This document shows positions 1 through 9,200 of a stretch of 45,186 bases of DNA, one piece after another. The DNA is taken from positions 1 through 45,186 of the forward strand of contig NIVC01000310.1 in the NCBI GenBank assembly GCA_002269645.1, read 5' to 3'. Numbering within the stretch: position 1 is the first letter of the stretch; each line of letters opens with the position of its first letter. The position numbers and the translations under genes are program-made. This DNA is from Macrostomum lignano. Taxonomy: Eukaryota. Below the pieces are notes generated by a model. It was not told where the DNA came from and did no database searches. It worked only from the letters and a program-made list of their open reading frames with translations.

Positions 1-1
1 G

Positions 2-2090
2 GTCTGCGACCTCATCCGGGGCGGACCGGGTGGCGACTCCGAGCGAATCCCACCCGAGAAGCAATTCCTGTTCGAGTTGGTGACCCATGATGGCCGATCC
101 ATGGACGACTAAAAGTAGAAGGACCCCACACTCGCTGTCAGCGAGCTGAAAGTGGAATCGAACCCGGGCTGGACTCCACCCATTAGCCAGGCTGAACAGA
201 ACTTCCACTCCTGTGCTTTCGCATGGCGGCATTTCTTTGCCCGCCATGCGAGCTTTTTGCGTCACACTCTAAACTTTCTACTTATCAGTAGACGAACTTT
301 GACGGCCGGTTAATCGCAGCAAAATGCATTAGCTAGATAGGAGTTTTCAGTTTGTTAGCACTAAATCAGCTCAGGTGGTCAGCTCAGGTGATCAGCTCAG
401 GTGGTCAGCTCAGGTGGTCAGCTCAGGTGATCAGCTCAGGTGATCAGCTCAGGTGATCAGCTCAGGTGGTCAGCTCAGGTGGTCAGCTTGGGTGATCAGC
501 TCAGGTGGTCAGCTCAGGTGATCAGCTCAGGTGATCAGCTCAGGAGATCAGCTCTGTCTCGGTCAGACACCAACTGGCATTTCTGAAACCGCAGGTCGTT
601 AACAACAAGCGCACGGGCTACGACGTGGACAAGCTGGACTACATGAACCGGGACGCGCTCAGCCTGGGGCTGCCCAACCGCTTCGATGCGACTCGGCAGC
701 TGTCGCTGTTGCGGGTGCTGCCCTGCCCCGGCAACCGCAAGCTGCTGGTCCTGAGGGACAAACAGGTGCTGGACTACATCAACCTGTTGATCTCGCGGAG
801 GATGCAGCACTACCTGGCCTACCAGCACGTGAAGTCGGTAGCCTTTGAGAAAGTGTAAGAATTATGCCGTCCCCTGTCACAGGATTTCCCTGTGATCGCC
901 AATTTTCAGTCTGCTCTACTAGCAGTAGCAATATTAGAAATTCGCATGTATAAAAATCGCTAACGATAAGCTTTTATTGAGTACAGCAGAAATACAGGAC
1001 AATTGACTCAGGTCACCTCACCACCTTGCAGCCTGCAGGACGCACTGTCAGCCGCCCGACGCCACCTGCAGGCGCACCGTGACGACCCGGATGTCAACCG
1101 CTTGGCCATCCGCTACCTACTGGACGAGCCGGAGTCGCTGGAGTCGCTGCTGTGGCTCACCGACGACCGCCTCGTCGAGCTGCTCAAGCAGAGCTGCGGT
1201 CCGGAGGCTGCGCGCTTGATGAAGCAGCTGGAGGAGCGCCGGAAGTACCGCCACCTGGCCAGCGTGAGGGTGGCGCTGCACTCCACGGCCGATGACGAGG
1301 CCACGGCTGTCTACAAGAACCAGCTGGAGGCTGTCAAGATTGCGGTGACCCACTGGAACGCCTCGCGGAGCCGCAGCATCGCCGAGCTGCGCAAGTTCGA
1401 CTACGGCTGCGGGCCGCAGCACCCGCTCGACAGCGTCTTCTGCTACTCGAAGAACGGCGAGGTCAGGCAGTGCAACGGCGACGGCGATTCGGAGAGCTTG
1501 TTGGTGAGCTGGGAGTTGAGCTGGTTGGTGAGCTGGGAGTTGAGCTTGTTGGTGAGCTGGGAGTTGAGCTTGATGGTGAGCTGGGAGTTGAGCTTGTTGG
1601 TGAGCTGAGGGCTGAGCTTGTTGGTGAGCTGGGAGTTGAGCTTGTTGTGAGCTGGGAGTTGAGCTTGTTGGTGAGCTGGGAGTTGAGCTTGTTGGTGAGC
1701 TGGGAGTTGAGCTTGTTGGTGAGCTGGGAGTTGAGCTTGTTGGTGAGCTGGGAGTTGAGCTTGTTGGTGAGCTGGGAGTTGAGCTTGTTGGTGAGCTGGG
1801 AGTTGAGCTAGTATTGGCAAGGCTTCAGTGTCAGTTGAGACAAGTCTAGGCACTGACTGCTACTTACAGTAGTGAAGAGTGGTGTCGTGATAAACTTTGA
1901 TCCGACGTGTCCCTTTCAGTTCGCGGACCTGCAGCTGGCGGCGCTGCACATCACGGTGGTTCGGCTGTACGAGCGGACGGCCGGGGAACCTCCGGCCGAT
2001 GCGGCGGCCGTCAAGGAGTTCCGGCGCCGGGAGGTCGCTGACTTCCGCGAGAAGATGAGCGCCTGTGGGTTCAAGCCGACTGCTGAGTAA
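2..2090 (+). CDS. SAMHD1: SAMHD1-like HD-domain dNTP triphosphohydrolase, paralog A (5'-partial; exons <2-79, 595-854, 1032-1503, 1920-2090)
   Basis: Spliced translation ...VCDLIRGGPGGDSERIPPEKQFLFEL|VVNNKRTGYDVDKLDYMNRD...RDKQV...AYQHVKSVAFEKV|LQDAL...WLTDD...FDYGCGPQHPLDSVFCYSK...ESLL|FADLQ...GFKPTAE* matches SAMHD1 motifs ([33 protein letters not shown].K). All introns are GT-AG with compatible phases (0,2,0). The first donor (TTG|GTGACC at 79/80) is weak and shifted one codon relative to paralog B. Confidence 0.9.
367..553. repeat. 13-bp minisatellite (CAGCTCAGGTG[G/A]T), SAMHD1-A intron
   Basis: About 14 tandem copies read directly. Confidence 0.95.
1495..1810. repeat. 24-bp minisatellite (AGCTTGTTG|GTGAGCTGGGAGTTG) spanning the SAMHD1-A exon/intron junction
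   Basis: About 13 copies. The unit comprises the last 9 exon nt plus the first 15 intron nt. Confidence 0.95.
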
Positions 2091-2091
2091 C

Positions 2092-3199
2092 GCTGTTAGT
2101 GAGGCTGTTAGTGAGGCTGTTAGTGAGGCTGTCAGTGAGGCTGTCAGTGAGGCTGTCAGTGAAGCTGTCAGTGAGGCTGTTAGTGAAGCTGTCAGTGAAG
2201 CTGTCAGTGAGGCTGTTAGTGAGGCTGTCAGTGAGGCTGTTAGTGAAGCTGTCAGTGAGGCTGTTAGTGAGGCTGTCAGTGAGGCTGTTAGTGAGGCTGT
2301 TAGTGAGGCTGTTAGTGAAGCTGTTAGTGAGGCTGTTAGAGAGGCTGTCAGTAAGGCTGTCAGTGAGGCTGTTAGTGAGGCTGTTAGTGAGGCTGTTAGT
2401 GAGGCTGTTAGTGAGGCTGTTAGTGAAGCTGTTAGTGAGGCTGTTAGAGAGGCTGTCAGAAAGGCTGTCAGTGAGGCTGTTAGTGAGGCTGTTAGTGAGG
2501 CTGTTAGTGAGGCTGTTAGTGAGGCTGTTAGTGAAGCTGTCAGTGAGGCTGTCAGTAAAGCTGTCAGTGAGGCTGTTAGTGAGGCTGTCAGTGAGGCTGT
2601 CAGTGAGGCTGTTAGTAAGGCTGTCAGTGAGGCTGTTAGTGAGGCTGTCAGTGAGGCTGTTAGTGAGGCTGTTAGTGAGGCTGTTAGTGAAGCTGTCAGT
2701 GAGGCTGTTAGTGAGGCTGTTAGTGAGGCTGTCAGTGAGGCTGTTAATGAGGCTGTCAGTGAGGCTGTCAGTAAGGCTGTTAGTGAGGCTGTTAGTGAAG
2801 CTGTCAGTGAGGCTGTTAGTAAGGCTGTCAGTGAGGCTGTTAGTGAGGCTGTCAGTGAGGCTGTTAGTGAGGCTGTTAGTGAGGCTGTTAGTGAAGCTGT
2901 CAGTGAGGCTGTTAGTGAGGCTGTTAGTGAGGCTGTCAATGAGGCTGTTAATGAGGCTGTCAGTGAGGCTGTCAGTAAGGCTGTTAGTGAGGCTGTTAGT
3001 GAAGCTGTCAGTGAGGCTGTTAGTGAGGCTGTCAGTGAGGCTGTTAGTGAGGCTGTCAGTGAGGCTGTTAGTGAGGCTGTCAGTGAGGCTGTTAGTGAGG
3101 CTGTCAGTGAGGCTGTTAGTGAGGCTGTCAGTGAGGCTGTTAGTGAGGCTGTCAGTGAGGCTGTTAGTGAGGCTGTCAGTGAGGCTGTTAGTGAGGCTG
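2092..3199. repeat. 12-bp minisatellite (AGTGAGGCTGT[T/C]) directly after the SAMHD1-A stop
   Basis: About 92 copies; source of the AVSE, SLTA and VRLL pseudo-ORFs. Confidence 0.97.
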
Positions 3200-3742
3200 A
3201 TGCTTATTTACCCAATTAAAAAACCAAAAACTCAACCAAAAGCCTAAAAGGAATTAGTGGTACACTATATAAGTGCTTTCTATTCAATAAGCATCCGCTA
3301 TTCAACTAAATGAAATTCAACTCCGTCTAGAAATGATATGCTAGTTAGCAGCATCACTAGTTGCAGTCATTTTATAGTCCGAATTTGTCTGCTTTATTCG
3401 TACTCCGCCTTTTGTTTTCCTCTATTGGCCATCAAAATGTGTCTGCAGTTCTCATTCACTTCCTGTAATTCCCTTGCTGCTTAAAAACAGTGGGGAACAG
3501 TGAACACAGCAGCACTGTCCCAACGGTGCGCTTATTATTCAACGCAACGGATAATTATTCAAGCTAAATATAAATTAATTAATTATTAAAAATCAATCAT
3601 TGATTGCCTCCAAAATCATAAGGCACAATTTACCATCATTGCAAGTTGAACTTTTTTGTCTTTTGTATTTGCTTTTGGCAGGACTTAATATTTTCCTGGC
3701 TGCATTGCCTCCAGCTTATTTCTAAGAAAATCTGATGTAGCG

Positions 3743-4650
3743 TCTGCTTCAGCTGTCCGTGCACGAGAGTCAGAGACCTGCAGCTGCCCGTCACCCAGTC
3801 TGCTTCAGCTGTCCGTGCACGAGAGTCAGAGACCTGCAGCTGCCCCGTCACCCAGTCTGCTTCAGCTGTCCGTGCATGAGAGTCAGAGACCTGCAGCTGC
3901 CCCGTCACCCAGTCTGCTTCAGCTGTCCGTGCATGAGAGTCAGAGACCTGCAGCTGCCCCGTCACCCAGTCTGCTTCAGCTGTCCGTGCATGAGAGTCAG
4001 AGACCTGCAGCTGCCCCGTCACCCAGTCTGCTTCAGCTGTCCGTGCATGAGAGTCAGAGACCTGCAGCTGCCCCGTCACCCAGTCTGCTTCAGCTGTCCG
4101 TGCACGAGAGTCAGAGACCTGCAGCTGCCCCGTCACCCAGTCTGCTTCAGCTGTCCGTGCTCGAGAGTCAGAGACCTGCAGCTGCCCCGTCACCCAGTCT
4201 GCTTCAGCTGTCCGTGCATGAGAGTCAGAGACCTGCAGCTGCCCCGTCACCCAGTCTGCTTCAGCTGTCCGTGCATGAGAGTCAGAGACCTGCAGCTGCC
4301 CCGTCACCCAGTCTGCTTCAGCTGTCCGTGCACGAGAGTCAGACCTGCAGCTGCCCCGTCACCCAGTCTGCTTCAGCTGTCCGTGCATGAGAGTCAGAGA
4401 CCTGCAGCTGCCCCGTCACCCAGTCTGCTTCAGCTGTCCGTGCACGAGAGTCAGAGACCTGCAGCTGCCCCGTCACCCAGTCTGCTTCAGCTGTCCGTGC
4501 ACGAGAGTCAGAGACCTGCAGCTGCCCCGTCACCCAGTCTGCTTCAGCTGTCCGTGCACGAGAGTCAGCGACCTGCAGCTGCCCCGTCACCCAGTCTGCT
4601 TCAGCTGTCCGTGCACGAGAGTCAGCGACCTGCAGCTGCCCCGTCACCCA
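3743..4650. repeat. 57-bp minisatellite between the SAMHD1 paralogs
   Basis: About 16 copies of TCTGCTTCAGCTGTCCGTGCA[C/T]GAGAGTCAGAGACCTGCAGCTGCCCCGTCACCCAG; 19-aa periodicity in the ORF track. Confidence 0.95.
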
Positions 4651-4955
4651 CTCCTCAAGTCTGGGGATTCTAACGACTCGCTCTTTTAGACTAATTGAAT
4701 TTGTTTTTAATGCAGAAAATTGTCAATTTGCCGGTCTTCCAGTCACTGCATTGTCAAAAATCTGTCTTTAGGATAATGGATGGCTATTCGCACTGTCTAC
4801 CGTGTGGTTAAACCAGAAGTACATTCGATTCATTTCTTCACTTAAACCTCAGGATAATTATCTCCAACCCGGGACCCTAACCCTGGCCTGTTTGAACTTT
4901 GGCCCAAAATACAATAAGCCAAGTCAGTCTTTTCACATCCCGCTTCAGTGACTGA

Positions 4956-5490
4956 GGAGTGCTAGCCAGAGTGTCTGGGGAGTGCTAGCCAGAGTGACTG
5001 GGGTGCTAGCCAGAGTGACTGGGGAGTGCTAGCCAGAGTGACTGGGGAGTGCTAGCCAGAGTGACTGGGGAGTGCTAGCCAGAGTGCCCGGGGGAGTGCT
5101 AGCCAGAGTGACTGGGGGAGTGCTAGCCAGAGTGACTGGGGAGGGCTAGCCAGAGTGCCCGGGGGAGTGCTAGCCAGAGTGACTGGGGGAGTGCTAGCCA
5201 GAGTGACTGGGGGAGTGCTAGCCAGAGAGACTGGGGAGTGCTAGCCAGAGTGTCTGGGGGAGTGCTAGCCAGAGTGACTGGGGAGTGCTAGCCAGAGTGC
5301 CCAGGGAGTGCTAGCCAGAGTGTCTGGGGGAGTGCTAGCCAGGGTGCCCAGGGGAGTGCTAGCCAGAGTGTCTGGGGGAGTGCTAGCCAGAGTGACTGGG
5401 GAGTGCTAGCCAGAGTGCCCAGGGAGTGCTAGCAAGAGTGTCTGGGGGAGTGCTAGCCAGAGTGCCCAGGGGAGTGATAGCCAGAGTGAC
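4956..5490. repeat. ~23-bp minisatellite (GAGTGCTAGCCAGAGTGACTGGG)
   Basis: Tandem copies read directly, with variable G-run length. Confidence 0.93.
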
Positions 5491-6270
5491 CGGAGCAGAT
5501 GAAGAGTGAAGCCTGTACAGCGGCAGCAGGTGTTTGCAGCTGCTCAGCCACTGAAAGCAGCACTTCACAAATCACTTCAGCTAGTGCAGTTAAAAATGAC
5601 AACACAAAAATCAACTCAAAGGCCGAGCTCCGCAGTTGCTTTGACTAATTTGGCTACTCATCAATAATCGAATCGATTGTAGGTTAAAATTGAATTTTCC
5701 TGAGCCAAAAGAATGCGGCAAGTCAATCAAAATTTATTGAATTTCTAAGCTGGTTCCGAATCTAGAATAAATCTGCTACTTGAAGTGCTACTTGAAGTAG
5801 TGCTATATGCAAATCAGCAGTAATAATCGGGACTAAAAATCAAAACAGTTGGAAAATTGAAATCAGTCAAGCAAGCAACAAGTACTTTTGTTTCAGAAAA
5901 AGTTTTGCAACAGCTGTGTACAGGAAAACACGAAACAAAAAATGTTGGTAAAACTCAGTAAAACAAATCAAATAAACCAGACGCGAATCCGGGAGCTGGA
6001 CCGATTCAACAGCTGAAAGCGGGTTAAAGCAGTGCTAAAAATGGGATAAGCAGGTGCGAAGGCGGAAAAAAGAGCGGACCAAACTTTGAACAATAAAGCG
6101 GCAAGCGGCACCAGAAACTCGTGTGGCGTCAATTGAAAGCCAGTTTCATTAATAAATATTCAAACAAAGCTAAAAACAGCAATAAAATTTTATCAATTCC
6201 CGAAACCCTTGGCACCGAGCCAACTTAGCAGTGCGTTTTGTTCTGGCGGCCCGCCCGCACACCGCCAGCT

Positions 6271-9200
6271 TCACTCGACCGTCTTCATGAAGCCCAGGGC
6301 CGCCAGCCCACTCAGAAACTCCCGCTCCGCCTCCTGCCGCTGCCGCCCCTGTCCTGGAGACCGCTCGTACAGCCGCACAATGCTCACGTGGATGGCGGAG
6401 AGCAGCAGGTCCGGAAACTGCGGCCAGGGTTGTGGTGGGGTGAGTTGGAGTGAGTTGGAGTGAGTCGGATTGAGTTGGAGTGAGTTGGGGTGAGTCGGAG
6501 TGAGTTGGGGTGAGTTGGAGTGAGTCGGATTGAGTTGGAGTGAGTTGGAGTGAGTTGGAGTGAGTTGGGGTGAGTTGGAGTGAGTTGGGGTGAGTTGGAG
6601 TGAGTCGGATTGAGTTGGAGTGAGTTGGAGTGAGTCGGATTGAGTTGGAGTGAGTTGGGGTGAGTCGGAGTGAGTTGGGGTGAGTTGGAGTGAGTCGGAT
6701 TGAGTTGGAGTGAGTCGGATTGAGTTGGAGTGAGTTGGGGTGAGTTGGAGTGAGTCGGATTGAGTTGGAGTGAGTCGGATTGAGTCGGATTGAGTTGGAG
6801 TGAGTTGGGGTGAGTTGGAGTGAGTTGGAGTGAGTCGGATTGAGTTGGAGTGAGTTGGGGTGAGTTGGAGTGAGTTGGGGTGAGTCGGATTGAGTTGGAG
6901 TGAGTTGGAGTGAGTTGGGGTGAGTTGGAGTGAGTTGGAGTGAGTCGGATTGAGTTGGAGTGAGTTGGGGTGAGTCGGATTGAGTTGGAGTGAGTTGGGG
7001 TGAGTTGGAGTGAGTTGGAGTGAGTCGGAGTGAGTTGGGGTGAGTTGGAGTGAGTTGGAGTGAGTTGGGGTGAGTTGGAGTGAGTTGGAGTGAGTTGGGT
7101 GAGTTGGGTGAGTCGGATTGAGTTGGAGTGAGTTGGATTGAGTTGGAGTGAGCTGGAGTGAGTTGGAGTGAGTTGAATTGAGTTGGAGTGAGTTGAATTG
7201 AGTTGGAGTGATTTGGATTGAGTTGGAGTGAGTTGGATTGAATTGGAGTTGGATTAAATTGGAGTTGGATTAAATTGGAGTGAGCTGGATTGTGTTGGAT
7301 TAATTGGAATTAGTTGGAGTGAGTCGGATTGAAAACTGGCTAGCAAAGAAACCCTCACTGCAATATTTAGCGAACGGACGAAAACAACAGGCATTAAGCG
7401 AAACTCGTCTGGCTTATTGGCTCCGTTCCCGCGGTGCGCCAGGCATCTCTGGTCCGCGTCAAACCCCAGCCCCTGATCCGAGCCAGCCCGGGCATCAAGT
7501 TTCGAGGGAACCGTGGGAGCGAAGGACGCGGCCCGCTTCGCAGCTTGGGGGAGCCGGCCTGCAGCTTCTCTGCTTCTAACAGGAAGCAAGGGCACTGGGA
7601 GAGCCCATGGGAAATGAAAGCCCGCACTCCGGACTGTCTGCTGGCTTCAATGTGGGAATGTCCTGCATGGGGGAAATGCAGAAGGGAAATTCTTTTGAAA
7701 CCAATCTACAGGGGAATCTTGGGTGGGGGGGGCGGTCGATTTCGGGGAAATCTTGAGAATGAATTTCGGGAGAAATGTCGAGAAGGAATCTCCGAGGGAA
7801 ATCTCGAGAAGGAATCTCCAAGGAAATCTCTAGAAGGAATCTCCAAGGGAAATCTCGAGGATGAATCTCCAGGGGAATCGGCAGGGGAACCTCAAAGAAT
7901 CTCCGCGAAAATCCTGGGGAATCTCAGGAGAGATCTGGTGCGGAGGCAAATATCGAGGAGGAATCTATGGGGAATCTCCTGGGGAATCTCAGGGGTAGGC
8001 AGCTCACCAGCAGGTCCTTCTCGCTGCAGCGCTGGCCCGCTGAGCCCCGCTTGGAGTAGGCGAACACCTCGTCAAGCGGGTGGTTCAGCCCGCTGCCGTA
8101 GTCGATCTTGCGGAACTCCGCAATGGTGCTGTAGTCCGAGGCCTGCGGGTTCCGCCTGTTCCAGTCCTCCGAGAATGCCCGCGCCTTCTTTATGGCCGAT
8201 TCGTACTTCCGCTTGTCCTCGGGGTCCTTCAAGGCCAACCGCGCCGTGGCCACGAGGCTGTACATCTTGCGGGTGACCAGACGCTGCATCAGGTGCCGGG
8301 CCGTCGGGCCGCAGTGCTCCGTCAGCAGCAGCTCCAGGCGGGCGTCCGTCAGCCAGCATAGCGTCTCCACGGAGCCGGAAGCCTCCAGCAGGTAGCGGCG
8401 GGCGTCCGGGTTCACTGACTCCACGGGCTGCGACTCCAGGAAGCTGCGGCCCGCCTGCAGCGCGTCGCCCAGGCTGCGGTGGCGTTCAGGGTGGCAGTTG
8501 GGGTGGCAGTTGGGGTGGCAGTTGGGGTGGCAGCTGGGGTGGCATTGAGTGGCAGTTGGGGTGGCAGCTGGGGTGGCATTGAGTGGCAGTTGGGGTGGCA
8601 GTTGGGGTGGCATTGAGTGGCAGTTGGGGTGGCAGTTGGGGTGGCAGTTGGGGTGGCAGTTGGGGTGGCAGTTGAGGTGGCAGTTGGGTGGCAGTTGGGG
8701 TGGCAGTTGGGGTGGCAGTTGGGGTGGCATTGAGTGGCAGTTGGGGTGGTAGTTGGGGTGGCAGTTGAGGTGGCAGTTGGGGTGGCAGTTGAGGTGGCAG
8801 TTGGGGTGGCATTGAGTGGCAGTTGGGGTGGCAGTTGGGGTGGCAGTTGGGGTGGCATTGAGTGGCAGTTGGGGTGGCAGTTGGGGTGGCAGATGAGATG
8901 GCAGTTGGAGTGGCATTGAGTGGCAGTTGGGGTGGCAGTTGGGGTGGCATTGAGTGGTAGTTGGGGTGGCAGTTGGGGTGGCATTGAGTGGCAGTTGAGG
9001 TGGCAGTTGGGGTGGCAGTTGAGGTGGCAGTTGGGGTGGCAGTTGGGGTGGCAGTTGGGGTGGCAGTTGAGGCCAGACCACAGGTGCTGGCCACAGATCA
9101 AAGGCATTAGAAAGCAGCTCACAGCTTCTCAAAGCCGATCACTTTGATGTGCTGGTAGCCAACATAGTGGTTGACCCTGCGGGCCACCAGCAGCTGGATG

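Noticed and set aside
219-258. Rho-independent terminator
   Set aside because: The hairpin plus T run is real, but the context is a eukaryotic intron; kept only as part of a possible SINE remnant.
1860-3247. AVSE / SLTA / VRLL repeat proteins (359-384 aa)
   Set aside because: These are translations of a 12-bp array starting after the SAMHD1-A stop. It is open in several frames on both strands, as expected for a stop-free unit divisible by 3.
3636-4689. 57-bp repeat ORFs (Cys-rich RVRDLQLPRHPVCFSCPC etc.)
   Set aside because: Open in multiple frames on both strands, with no recognisable domain and no convincing splice link to either neighbour.
7336-7640. Hammerhead ribozyme (GGACGAAAAC at ~7376)
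   Set aside because: No matching CTGANGA core or stems on either strand.
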